From NCBI GenBank assembly GCA_013265495.1, contig MU058257.1:124001-188000 (forward strand): a stretch of 64,000 nt of DNA, read 5' to 3'. The position numbers and the translations under genes are program-made. How positions within the stretch are numbered: the stretch's first letter is position 1; every line of letters starts with the position of its first letter. The notes under the pieces were generated by a model. The model had not been told where the DNA came from. It worked only from the letters and a program-made list of their open reading frames with translations, and did not search any database. Below are positions 51,301-63,918 of the stretch, in pieces. This stretch comes from Vicugna vicugna (Eukaryota).

Positions 51301-52329
51301 GAAAAAATAAAAAAAAAATTAAACTAGTGCTCTGCAAAGGAAAAATGATCTAAGTTTTCTAAAATGAATATGTACAATTTTCTAAAAAGAAAAGGTAAAG
51401 GAAGAAAAGGCTCAGGGGTCCATATATGTGTCTGTGTGCGGCGCTTAGGCTTGGAGACTGTTGGGGACACTTGACAGACTGACGTCAACTCCTGTACCAC
51501 AGGCTTCCAAAGCGCCACACACATTCCAGGGAAAATGTCAGCTTGTTACTGCAGTAATATGTACACTGAACCTATTTACATGACTCTGGGACTTTACGCT
51601 TTACTTCGAAGAGGAAAAAAAATCATTCTGCAGCTTAACAGGAAAAGGACATCCTCTCTGCAGCTTGAAAGGAAACTGGAGCCGATGGTTTATAAAAAAT
51701 GTATCAGCAGCAAGATAAGAAGAGACCCATCTGAGGTCTAAGTGCATTTGACACAGCAGTTCAAAAAAACAGTTCCGGCAGGGCCTTTGGGATTTGGGGA
51801 GAATGAAGAAAAATGAAATGGGTGGGTTCCTGTAACAGATGAACCCAAGACCCAAGCAGCTCAGGCCACGACGGTCTTCTCCTGTGTGCTTCTCTGTGCA
51901 AAGCGACACGGTCTAACAGGCGATGTGCTTTGGGAAACAGATGGGTGGCTGTCAGGCCCACAGGGAGCACCAACTCTCTGCTAACACGTGCTGGATGCCT
52001 GGCAAAGGCCAGGCACTGTTCCAATGCTTTAAAGTCCAGCTTAACTTATAAAATCCACAAAGCCATCCTGTGACATCAACACTATTGTTATACCCATTTA
52101 ACAGATGAAAAAAGTGACGCAGTTTGTTCCAGTTCACTAAGGAGTTGTATTTAGCCACGCTTTGAATCCAGGGAGTGGGACCCCAGTGCCCATCCATGTA
52201 GGCATTCAGTAGAGACAAGTGTTCAGAGCAACCCCATTGAGGGGCACGCCTGTCTGAGCTGCCTTTACAATGGTCTTTACATTTTAGTTTGCACAAAGGC
52301 ATGGAACTAGGAATGGTAACACTGTCCCA

Positions 52330-52515
52330 AGTATTTTACAGATAATAGTTCAGTTAATCTCCATTCGAAGCCTGAAAGTATGACTATTATCACCCCCATT
52401 TTACAGATGAGGAGACTGAGTCACAGTGAGCGTAACTAGCTTGCCCAAAGGCACAGAGCTAATCAGTGGCAGAGCCGGGATTCAAACCCAGGCTTTCTGA
52501 TCTACAGCCTTGCTC
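52330..52515 (-). mobile_element. MIR SINE (a second MIR fragment lies at ~52020-52190)
   Basis: ctattatcacccccattttacagatgaggagactgag...cttgcccaaaggcacagagctaatcagtggcagagccgggattcaaacccagg. Confidence 0.88.
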
Positions 52516-52968
52516 CTCATCTCTGTGCTGCAGGATGAGCTACTTCTGTGTAGACGTGTTGGCTGTTTGTTCCATGTCAGGCCTTGTTTTAATTGCTTTG
52601 ATTGAATCATCTCGTGTGAAGTATCCCAACACACTGTCAGAAAGAGCCTGGGAAGTAGCTAGTGTCTTAATCTGACCTCAGGTTTCCAAGCTCACAGAGC
52701 AGAGTGGTTAACAGAGGAGTTCTGGAATCCCGGTGACCAAGGCTAAAGTCCTGGGTGTGCTATTTACTGAGCTCAACTAGCTTTTTATCCCTAATTTCGC
52801 CACTCCCCACTGCCATCCAACCACCAGAGAGTTAGGGGAGATGGAAATGGAGGTCACACTCTCCCCAGATTGATGAAAGCCTCTGAGAAGCCCCCGTTTT
52901 GGGGGTGGGGGGAGACATGCGCTGCAGGTAAAGGGCTTGGGGAGCCAGAGGGGCGTGATGCCCCCAAT

Positions 52969-53157
52969 CAGTGGTCCTCAGAGCGGGAGTCCCCAGGCCG
53001 GCAGCATCAGCAGCACCTGGGAACTTGTTAGGGATGCAAAACCTCCAGCCCAGCCCTGGGCCTGCTGACTCAGCAGCTCTGGGGTGAGGCCTGGTGTGTT
53101 TACTTTGAATGAGGCCTGCAGGTCAACCAGATGCCCACTGAAGTTTGGCAGCCACAG
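52969..53157. mobile_element. MER5A hAT DNA transposon
   Basis: cagtggtcctcagag...gcagcatcagcagcacctgggaacttgttagggatgcaaa...aagtttggcagccacag. Confidence 0.85.
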
Positions 53158-54137
53158 CCCTAGGAGGCATGGGAGATATGGCCCCAGCACAGAGCAGGAT
53201 GTGGAGGGCCATTAACTTGTGGCCACGGTAACAATGTGGATTGGCTCCTTTCAGGAGTTAGAGCAAATTCAGAGCTTTCCAGGTGGGAGCATCACTGCCC
53301 CTTGCATTCTGAGTGGAAAGAACTGGGTGGCCTTACAGAAGCAACTGGAAGAGCCAATTCCCCAGTGACCAGTGGAGGCGGGGCAGTGTATGAAAAGTTC
53401 AGACCAGCCCCCCCCTTTTTGGTTGCTTTGGGGCCCCCAGAGGGCAGGGACTGACCCCAGAACCCTCACTCCCTTGGGTCACACACTCAGGCTATCACCC
53501 CGCCCCAGTCCTTCGGTGGCTGTGTTCCCCCGGGAATCCCCTTTCCCTCCCTGTGTGTGGTTGGCCATGAGAATCATAGAACCCACCAAGTGGCCCTGAC
53601 CCACACTCCGCCCTCTGGGATGACCCCGAGCCCCACAAACATGGCACTGCAGGAGCCCGGGCTGCAGCAGCTAGAGAAGAATCAAAACCGCAAGTCCTTG
53701 AAGATATTCAGCCAGCCAGCAGCTGTGCAGAGGGCACCTCCTGCAGAGGGCCCTGCACCGGGGAAGGGGTGGAAAGTACTTATCCTACGGTCACTGCTTT
53801 CAAGGGGTAGATGAGGAGACAAAACAACAGCCCACCACACCTGCAGAGGCAGACAAGCCTCAGGGACGCTGTACAACAGACCATGGCGCCCGGCGGAAAG
53901 GATATACCAGGCAATCAACAAGGTTAGGAGTTGCGAGGATGGAGATGCTGTTGGAAGGCTCTGTGGAGGAGGAGGGACCCGAGCTGAGTCTTGGAGGATG
54001 AAGAGACAGACAGAAGTGGTGGTTACCCCAGCAGAGCGGCCAATGAGGAGATGGCTCGGTGTGAGAAAGGGCAACACATGTGGAGCTGGCACGTCTGTCA
54101 CCAGGAAGGGCAGGACATTTGGCCAAGGTTGGAGGTA

Positions 54138-54437
54138 CATTCAGCCTCTGTATCCACAGTTTCCTCTAACCGCCAACAGACAATATTTAGGAAAAAAATC
54201 CTGAAAATTCCAAAAAAGCAAAACTTGAATTTGCCCCATGCTTGGCAACTATTTACACAGCATTTCCATCGTATTGGGTGTTACAAGTAATCTAGAGAGG
54301 ACTAAAACATACGGGAGGCTGTGCATTGGTTATACACAAGTACTACACCATGTTATAGAAGGGACTTGAGCATCTGAGGATATTGGTCTCTGCGGGGCTC
54401 CTGGAACCCATCCCCTGCAGATCCCCAGGGACAACTG
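54138..54437 (-). mobile_element. MER2-like TcMar-Tigger DNA transposon
   Basis: Homologous to 27870-28144; preceded by TA, ends cccagggacaactg. Confidence 0.85.
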
Positions 54438-54589
54438 TCTGTCTGGAGGCATGGGAAGAGATGAAGTTTGCCGCCAAATGGTCAAAAACCTTGGAAACTA
54501 AAGAATTCTAAATAGATTTTATAGGCCAGGGTTCCCCAAAGTGTAAGTATATTTCTCAGAAACTTCTCTTTGTAGAATTATTAAAATTC

Positions 54590-55309
54590 TGTTACGGGAC
54601 TCAGTGGGTTCCAGCACCAGCTCCTACGTGGGGAGGGGACACCAGCTGGGCGTCCTGCATTCAACTCGTTCTGACGCTCTCCACCCAGAGATACTGTCCG
54701 ATTCCTCAGGTTAGGGGCTCAGGCCTGCAAGACTGTCCCCCTGCGCTGTGTTGTCACCTGTCCTTCTGACCGACTATAAACCAGAGGTTCCCACAACCTT
54801 CTCCTCAGGTTCAGTTAGTTTGCTAGAGCAGCTCGCAGAACTCAGGAAAGCATTTTACTTTCCTGATCACCAATTTATTATGAGAGGACGGAAGAGTTGC
54901 GTCGGGCAAGACTTGTAGGGGCTCGGAGCTGCCACACCCTCTCCGGGCGCCACTGTCCCAGCACCTCCACGTGTTCACCAACCCAGAAGCTCTCCAGACC
55001 CCACTGTTCTGATTTTTAATGGCTGCTTCCTTCCAAAGGCACACGGATTAAGTCCTTGGCCACTGCCGATCGACCTCCAGCCCCTGTCCCCACGTCAGGG
55101 GGCTGCGACTCAAAATTTCAACCGTCTAATCACACAGCTGGCTCTTCTGGCAAAGAAAACCCCAACCTCAGTGCTTCCAAAAGTCACCACGGTAACACGG
55201 CAAGAGACCCCTCTGAGGCGCCCCCGCCGAGGAGACCCCGGGGGCTCGGGGAGCCGCCCGCCGGACACCGCGCGAAGCCCAGGCACGCGTTTCTCGCCGT
55301 GCACAGGCA
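54590..55309. mobile_element. MER21-like ERVL solo LTR
   Basis: TG start; gacaccagctgggcgtcct...tcaggttaggggctcag...tttgctagagcagctcgcagaactcaggaaa...ccacgtgttcaccaacccagaagctctcc. The right end is strongly GC-shifted. Confidence 0.75.
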
Positions 55310-55585
55310 GCTTCCCCGAGGCCCGCGCCGGCGTGACCCTCGCGGGGAGGTGCTGTGTGCCGTGCTTTCCGGACGTGTTTCAGCACAGAGCCCTTCTCCC
55401 GGGGACCAGGGCTCCGGGCAGCGCCCCCCGAGGCTCTCGGTGGGGCTGCGCCGGCGGCGGCGCCCCCGGGCTCCGTGCGGCCCGGCGGAAGCAGAGTTAC
55501 CGCCCAGCCGAGCCCAGCGGCTCGGCAAGCCTGGGAGCAACTGGTTTCCGCTGTCGCAGCTGAATTCTAAGTGTCAGCGGCGATG
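55215..55585. promoter_or_regulatory. Orphan CpG island
   Basis: About 370 bp of very GC-rich, CpG-dense sequence (e.g. gcgccggcggcggcgcccccggg) with no identifiable gene start. Confidence 0.7.
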
Positions 55586-56904
55586 AGGAGGAACAGGTGG
55601 GAGGAAGAAGGAACGACGTGCTTAGACATGGAGGTGGTGAGGGGTATCGGGACACTGAGGGGATGCGGCGGCACTGGGGGTGGATTTCAGGACACTGAGG
55701 GGATATGGAGGCAGTGAGCGGATGTGGGGGCTCTGAGGGGGAACAGGGCAGCAAGTGGTCAGGAACAGAAGAGAGATTGGAAGGAAACCCTCGCTTCATA
55801 GTGGAAACAACCTGCACCTGTGGAGGGGCTCGTGGTTTATAAAGTATCTTCTTTACAATCCCTTGAGGTGGGGAAGGAAAATTATCCCCATTTTTCTTGG
55901 TTTGAGGAAATCGAGACTAAGTGAAGTAGACAGGTGTTTGTCTTTACACTGTCCCATGTCCGACTCTCTCTTCACTCTCAGGACTTGCTAGAGGTGACAT
56001 GGGACCATCAGCGCCCCAGGCAACAGCGGCAGGGATGCCTGTACCAGCCCAGGCATCAGCCCCGACCATGCTCAGCGCCCAACCTGGCTTTGGTAACAGC
56101 TACAGAGCCCCTGGAATGCCGTTTTTCCTGCCCCTCTTCCAAATCTGGCCCCCCAGCCTTCCCTCCTGCCTATGGTGTAAGCTACCCCATCTCCCTCCAT
56201 ACTTACCTCTTCTAAGTTAGCCAGAGTAGGTTTCCATGGTTTCCAAGAAACATGACTTGGATGAGAAAGGTTAAGTGTGGGCATGAACTTCCATCTCTAG
56301 ATTAAAATTCACATCTTCCGCTGTGCCGGGCTGGGACATTGAAAAGTGTGAATTGGATTTTAGTCTTAGGATAATGTCAGCGATGAATGTCCCAAGTGGG
56401 AATTTCCAGTAGGCATTTGCAGGACTAGAATATGGGATAGAAGTCAAGGTAGAAATATGGATTTAGGAATCAATTCCACCGAAATCATGGATATTAATGA
56501 AATAGCTTGTAACAGAGGTCAAGTTGTGACCACAAGTACCAAAAGTACTCTGCTGATCAGGTGAACAGATTCGTTTGGAAAGTCGTAAGTTTTGGAAAGA
56601 GAAGAAACAGGTTGGCAGAGGAAATAGCAAAGGTAAGACATTTGAGAAGACTTAGAGGTGGATCACACCTATGTTTAGAGAGGCAATTTCTTAATATAGA
56701 AAGGAAAAGGGAAAGGAATATAAAAACAAAACTTTCACTCAACAGTATGTACTTGTATGATCCCATTTTATTTTTTTTAATGTATATATTTGTATCAGAG
56801 TCTGCAAGGATCGACTTCAAACATTTGCAGTGATTATCTTTGGATGCTGCAATAACAAATTTTGTTTCCCTGTTTTCTTATTTTTCACATTAAGCATTCA
56901 TTGA

Positions 56905-57582
56905 TTTTTTTTTGCAGATATAATTCATAAACCATAAAATCCACCATTTTTAGAGTGTACAATTCAGTGTTTTTAAATATATTCACAGAATTGTACAACC
57001 ATCCTCACTGTCTAATTCCAGAAAATGTTCACCATTCCCAAAAGAAACCTAGCGCCTACCCCTTAGGCGCCACCCCCGGGGGCCCGCCCTTGCTCCCAGC
57101 CCCAGGCAACCGCTAATTACTTCCTGTTTCTATAGACTTGTTTATTCTGGATGTTTCATATGAATGCAATCACGCAATATGTAGCCTTTTGTGACTGGTT
57201 TATTTCCATCAGCGTCATGTTTATGTAGGTTGGAGCATGAGGCCACCTCACTGTTGCTTGTTGGCAGATGAAATTCCACTGCCTGGCAGGTCTGCATTCG
57301 GTTTATCCATTCATTAGTTAATAGACACTTCAGCTGTAGCTTTCCACCTTTTGTCTCTTGTGAATAATCTTACAATGAACACTTACGAACAAGTTTTTGT
57401 CTGGACACCTGTTTTCAGTTCTTTTGGGTGTGTACCGTGGAGTTGGCCTCCTGGGCCACATCAGTGTTTACCTTTTGAGGATCCACTAAAGAGTTTGCCC
57501 AAAGTTCTGCATCCTTTTACATCCCCACCAGCAATGTACGAGGGTCCTGGTTGCTCCACACGCTCCCTAACACCTGCTAATT
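56905..57582 (-). mobile_element. L1MB-type LINE-1 3' fragment
   Basis: gatataattcataaaccataaaatccacc...gtgtacaattcagtg...ttgtacaaccatc...ttttacatccccaccagcaatgtacgagggt. Confidence 0.88.
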
Positions 57583-58958
57583 TGTTAACATCACTTCTTA
57601 GAACAGACAGAGAACACAGGTGCTAAGTAAGGGGGCCCAAGACACTTTTTTCCCCAACAAATTTAATCCTTTTTGTGACTTTTCCACAGATGAAATATGA
57701 AGCATGCCAAGATTCTCTGTAGTAATAATGAAAGAAAAGCTGGCACTTATTGGATTCGTATTTGGCCTCTGGGTGCATTAGTGCAGAATTCTGTGCATGT
57801 ATCATCCCATTGAGTATTTACAGAAAGCCCGGAGTTTGGAACCTATTCTGGCGGTGAAGTCGAGGTTCAGAGGTGACGTGACTTGAGAAGTGTCAAGACA
57901 CTCCCCCAAAGCCGGAATTCTCAACCATGCGTTGTGACATCCCAAACCCCCTCCCTCCTGCTGAGTGTTTCTGGCTGTACACCACCATGTGGCATTTACA
58001 TATTTCCCCAAAGGGAAAAAAATCTTTCTCGAGATGATTTTTCACAAGTAAGTCAGGTACAATTTATCATGCTCTGAATGCTAACAAACTCTGGAGATGC
58101 AAAACCTACAGCTGATGTATAAATAATCTGACTCAGCAGTATAAACATTAATCCAACGCCTTTTGGAAAAATGAACAACCTTGTTTCTCTGAGTTGACGG
58201 GATACTTTCTTCTCTCCTTTTGGATCTTTTATTGGCTCATCAGTGCCAGGAGGAATGGGTTCTAACACTGATGAACCCTGAGAAGGACTTTGTAATCAAA
58301 CAAATCTCAAGTTAGCCATGCTTTCAATTTTGTTTAGAAGTGAGATTTTTTTTTCCAACCGTGCCCTGTTTCCCAAAGAAAGCATGGTAGCTTTTGCGTT
58401 AGAAAACGCATTCACTTCTGTGATTTCAAATGACAGCAGAACCAGTTCTGTTTGCAACTAGCCACCTTCAGCTCCTGAGATGGACCCGTGGAGGAAGAGG
58501 TATGTGAATAAGATCTGAATAAAGCACTTTATTAGATCTCAAGGAGAATCAGTGGAATCTAACGTCGTTTTCCTGGCATTGCATCAGTGAAGTGGGGTTG
58601 TTAGGGAGGTGTTACGCTCTCGTCTTCTCCTGTTGGTTTGAAGCTTGTTTTGTGCTAGTGGTGCTGCTGGTGGACTTGCCTCTGCGTCATTCTGTCCGAG
58701 GACTGATTGTCCCGCATCCCTGCTGTGACCATAACTTAATGCTCAGAGCACCTGGGGCGACAAATGGATGCTATGTCTTATTTTTATTGTCTGTGCTTTA
58801 GACATTTTAACCTGGAAAGATTACGTGGCCCGAGTCACACACTCAGCTGCACTTGGAAGGCTGGTCCACAAGGCTGAGCCTTAATGTGCTTAAACTCAGG
58901 AGAAATCAGGCGGTCGTAGGCTCACCCACTATTGCTCTGCTGGTGAAATGGAGGCCAG

Positions 58959-59371
58959 TGGGGTAAAGGGCTGAATTGCCCCCCTGCCCCCTCCCCCGGA
59001 TCCATATGCTGAAGCCCTAACTGCTCTCCCCACCGCACGTCAGAATGTGACTACATTTGGAGATAGGGCTTTAAAGAGGTTAATTAATTTAAAATGACAT
59101 GATCAGGGTGGCCCTAATCCAACATGACTGGTGTCCTTATAAGAAGGGGACATTTGGACACAGACGGGCACAGAGGGAAGAAGATGTGAAGACACTGGAA
59201 GGGGATGACCACCCACAGGCCAGGAGAGAGGCCTGGAGCAGACCCTGCCCTCACAAGCAACCAGCCCGACCGGTGCCTTGCTCCCACATTTCTAGCCTTG
59301 AGACAATAAATTTCTGTTGCTTAAGCTGCCGGCCTGCAATACTTTGTTACAGGAGCCCGAGCAAGCGAACA
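58959..59371 (+). mobile_element. MLT1B-like (ERVL-MaLR) solo LTR
   Basis: cagaatgtgactacatttggagatagggc...gggtggccctaatccaacatgactggtgtccttataagaagggg...gagacaataaatttctgttgcttaagc. Confidence 0.88.
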
Positions 59372-59819
59372 GTCCATGAGGGATCAGAGGCCCCCGCCCC
59401 CTGGCCCCTGACATCCATCGCGATGCTCCAAGGTGGTGCCTCTGAGGCTTCCTGTGTGAAGCCCCGAAACCACAGGCATGCCTGCCGTTTGGTGCTCACA
59501 GGCCTCGTGTTTATTTCAGATATCACAGAGGTCAGTGTCCTCTTTGGTCAGGATGTCATCCCCCAGCAGATCTCAATGAAGGATTTGGAATTCGAGCCAT
59601 CTGGTTGACCGGTGTGCAGCTGCGCTGACATCCCACCTTCCTGGGAAGAAGTTGTGCCCACTGCCACATTTTGTTCTGACATCCTGTGATTTGGGGAAAG
59701 AGGCCTCTGCGCTCTTGTAAAGCGCACGGTTCCACCCCAGGGGCGGAGTCCTGCCTCCCCCCTGTGAGAGAGGCACACGCTAGCTTTTTCTGAAGGAGGA
59801 ACAGAGTGAGGAGGCACCA

Positions 59820-60010
59820 CGTGAAGTGTTTCCCAGTCACCGCCTCACTCAGTCTTCACAACCTCCCTGTCGGGAAGCTACCATCACCTCCTCCATCTGC
59901 TAGACGGGGAAACTGAGGCACGACAGGTTAAGAGCTCACCCCAAATTCCACAGCTCACGAGCCGGGGAGACAGATTTGCCTTGCGGTCTCTGACTCAGGC
60001 CTGTGCTTTT
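59820..60010 (-). mobile_element. MIR SINE
   Basis: cagtcttcacaacctccctg...agacggggaaactgaggcac...tctctgactc. Confidence 0.7.
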
Positions 60011-60514
60011 GGCACCTCAGAATACCGAGACGGGACCAGACCACCCTCCTCCTGACAGGCGCCCCACGTCCCCGGGTGACAGAGCGGAACTGGCCCAGGG
60101 AGGCCCTCCCCAGCTGGGGCTCATGGCATTTTGTCTCTGGAAGCTTCAGACTCCACCACCCCAGGGCTGATGGCGGGCTTTCCGGGGGGCTCTCAAAAGC
60201 ACCCCTGAAAGGGTGGTCCATGGAGGGAAGACCTCGAAGGCTTGGTCGCTGCTCCAGGGTAAGGAGACAGAAAGCGAGGGTGAGCAGAGTGTCCACACCA
60301 ATTCAACAGCAACAGTAGGTCGGTGGAACCCAATCATAAAAAAAGAAATGAGCTTGTATTTTGTACAAGAATCTCATTTTTCTCAGCACATGTCATACCT
60401 CATTGCAAATAAGAAAACTGGTCCTTCACTGCAGACATTGGACAGTGCTGCCCAGAGGCCAGCATAACTGATGGAGGCGACACAGAGATGACGGGGAGAC
60501 ACCGAGCCCAGGCA

Positions 60515-60853
60515 TCACAGGCTGTGTCTGCGTCTCCCTGGACCCAACACGCTGAAGCCCTGACCCCCAGTGTGATGGATGGTACGCAGAGATGGGCCTC
60601 TGGGTGGGCATTGGGTTTAGGTGAGGTCATGAGCGTGAGGCCCCCGTGATGGGGTGAGTGTCCTTGTAGGAGGAAGAGACACCAGAGCTCTCTCTCCGCC
60701 ATCTGCAAGCCAAGAAGGGAGACCTTGCCAGGGACCGATCGGCCAGCACCTCGATGTCAGGCTTCCAGCCTCCGGAACTGTGGGAAGTAAACGTCTGTGG
60801 TTTAACCCTCCAGGCTGTGGCACTTTGTCGTAGCAGCGCCAACGGACCAAGAT
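60515..60853 (+). mobile_element. MLT1A-like (ERVL-MaLR) solo LTR
   Basis: gctgaagccctgacccccagtgtgatgg...gccatctgcaagccaagaaggg...cttccagcctccggaactgtggg...gtggcactttgtcgtagcagc. Confidence 0.85.
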
Positions 60854-63800
60854 TCTGGCTCTGCCACTCACAGCCCGAGGAGCCGAGCCGGCAGCAGGGT
60901 CTCCTGCCGCCCAGGGCTTCCTCCACGGGCAGCATTTCTTCCCTTGGGTCTTCATCAAAATCGGTGTGGGTTCCCATGACACGATGTGACGTAACATGAC
61001 CAAGCCGGTTCCCCAGGACACAAGATGCCCCGGATGCATCACACCCCATACCCTTCCTGCTGCCGGGCTTGGCGGCCGCCCTGCCCTCCGGCCACCCCGC
61101 AGGAAGGGAGGACGGGGCTCACGATCCCATCCCGCCCACAGCCAGGCCCACCCTGAGGTGGGACTTGCAAGCTCTTCTACCCCTCTCCTCGCGACCTCAG
61201 AGCTCCTTACAGCAATCATTTCCTCCTCTTTGGTATCCATGGGAAGTTCCATTTTTCTGCATTGGTAAAATAAATTGGTATCAAGAACAAGACCTTTTCT
61301 GTATAAAACAACCTGCTTGAGACTTATTCTTGTTGTTGTTTGAGAGAAAGGTCCAGACACTTTAAAGGTTTATGAACAGCCCTCCCGGCTCTTGTCAGCA
61401 AACGGAAGCCTGCGGCTCCCGGCATCATTGCTCGGTTATCCTGGGAGAGGTAGGTCATGGAAGAGAGGCCCGGGAGGCTGGGGGTGAGGAGGGGGCAGCA
61501 GGAGACTGGCCCTGCTACTGAGGAAGGTGCCCTTGGGGGAGTCCGGGACCTGCCCTGCGCCTGGCTCCCCACGAGGGCTCGGGGCTCTGTGACCCCACAC
61601 TTCTTGATGAGGTCACTTTCCACAGAGGCTATCCTGTCCTTTCGATAACCAAACAAGCAGCCAAAAGACCTGAAACCAGCCCCCCGACCCCACCACCCTC
61701 TTCACTCTCCAGGCTGTCCTGTTAACAGGAGAGTAGGGAGAAGAGGCCCACGACGAACAGCCAGTCCTTAGAGAGAACATCACGCCCAGGGGCTGGGGGG
61801 ACGTGGCTTCAGCCTCCTGGGGTTCCCAGCAAGTCTCTGCTGTGCCGCAGGCTGCATCTGGCTTCCATCCAGGGCCACTTCTCTCCTGCCCAACACGTGC
61901 CCGTGGTTTCCATCGTCCTCACGCCACTCCCGCTCCTGGAGGGCCCCTCCTCCTTCCTCCCCTGCATCCCACACACTCCTCCTCCCATGACCCTGGTGCT
62001 CCTGCCCCCTCCTTCCGCAAGTAACTGGTGTTTACAGCGGACAAAGCACATTGGTCAAATCCTTGCGATATTGGTGATGTGTTGGCTTCTGAATGAAAGT
62101 CACCAGATCCAGGGAGCTGAGTGTAATTTCGCCCCGGGTCCCCTGTCTACCCAGTGCCACTGCAGTCAGAGGGGCCAGGGGACATCGGACGTTTATGAAC
62201 ACACAGTACCTCCTGTGAGCCTGGCAAACCCCGTGAGGCAGGCTGGTGGGGGAGTGGGTAGCTCCCTTTTATAAACGTGGAAAGTGAGGCTCTCTTGGAT
62301 GCCTGGGCACAGATTGGATGCCCTGGGGTGTCCACTGGTCTTAAAAGAAAAAACAAGCGCAGGCTGGTCACGTGCTGACTCAGGGCCAACGCAGAGCCAC
62401 CAAGAAGTGGAGGTGAGGGGGCTCAGCCCTGATCTGTGGGCTGCCAAAGCCCCTCTCCTCCACCAGACCTCCCGCTCTGGCCTCTGCCCTTACCCCTCTG
62501 GAGGTGTGGCCCCTGGGATGCCGGAGCAGTTAGGGAAGGTGGGCACCTGGAATCCAGTGAGGACTGTAGCAGACACGAGCCTCCGGGACGCCCATTGGAG
62601 GAGTTGGATCCAGACCAGGAGAATCAGCTCCCCACCTGGAAGCCACAGAAGGCTTGCCCCTCTGCCAGACAGCAGATCAGAGGCAGCTGCCCAGTTCCAC
62701 CCTGGAAGTGTGTGCGGGAGTCTGGTTGGGTTGGGATGGGTTGGGATGGCCCAGTGATGTGGGTCTGGATACTTAATGGGGTGGAGAACACTGACAGGTC
62801 AGTCCTGCCCCAAATGCCAGGAGGGCCCCCTGAAGAGTGGAGAGCCAGCTTCTCCTTTTGCATCTGACCTCTCACTGCTGTCCTGACGCTGGCCCCCAGG
62901 ATGCTGTCCAGCGCTCCTGGGGCCCCTGGCCTGCTTTCAGGCTGCTGGAGAAGCAAGGCATTCAGAAACGCGTGACCAGCCGGCTCTGGGCTCCAGGCTT
63001 TTAATCTCCTTAATTGAAATTGATTGGCCTCTTGGGAGGCAGCTCTGCATTGGCCCTGAGCTTCAGCACGTGATCAACTCCTGCTTCGTTCTTTTAAAGA
63101 CCCATCAACACACCAGGGCATCTAATCTCCCTGAATCCCAGGCCCCTTTCCTGACCGGGAGCAAAATCAAAAACAGGCACACTTAACAAAACAACTCAGG
63201 GAATAAAAGCGCCTGATAAAAATAAGGGGGAAGATGCCCGTCCCACTGTGGCTCAGCATCGTGCAAAAGGCCAGCCCAACCCCACGACCGAGAAAAGATG
63301 TAATCACATGGGGGGAGCAGGGGGGCGGGGGGGGGCTTGTGCCTGCTGTGGCTCCCAAGATAAACAGGCTGGACTGGAGCATCTCGAAGAACTGGCTGCA
63401 GAAAAGATAAAAAGGGAAGAAAAGTGAAAGCCTGTCTTAAGTTAAAGAAAATCAAACATCGAGAGAACAGTTTGAGCGTCCAGATTTGTGTTCCTCCAGA
63501 CACACAACAGCACCCCTCCCCGCCCCGCCCAAGTGGCTGGAGCTGGTTTACAAACCGGTTTGGCAGGTCATACCTCGGAGAAACTCCTGATAGGGCCCCT
63601 TCCTTACCAGGCTGATCACATAGCCAGGAAATAGTCCTCTGGGGGCTCTCCTGTGGAGCCGGTGGTCATGCCAACAACTGGCCGCTGGGCTTGAAAGGCG
63701 CTGTGCTGGTGGACTCAGGCCACCTAATGGCTGCCAAGCCCCGGGCTCTGTCCCTGCATTGGCCACCTGGGGGGGCACCAGGACACAAGACACATCTTAG

Positions 63801-63918
63801 AGGTAAGGAAACACAGCACTGATAAGTCAGGTAGTCATTAAGAGGGACAAAGTCATCGTAAGAACGTCTTTCCAAAAAAAAAAGAACGTCTTTCTCCCTG
63901 ATGTTCTAAAGATTAAGT

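Noticed and set aside
55056..55586. Overlapping Arg/Pro/Gly-rich ORFs on both strands
   Set aside because: Expected from stop-codon depletion in a CpG island, and partly LTR-derived.
59099..59608. 169-aa ORF
   Set aside because: Begins within an MLT1B-like LTR.
60617..61360. Longest ORF in the track (247 aa, minus)
   Set aside because: Its C-terminal part runs through an MLT1A-like LTR. It is GC-rich, has no recognisable domain, and shows no splice or promoter support.
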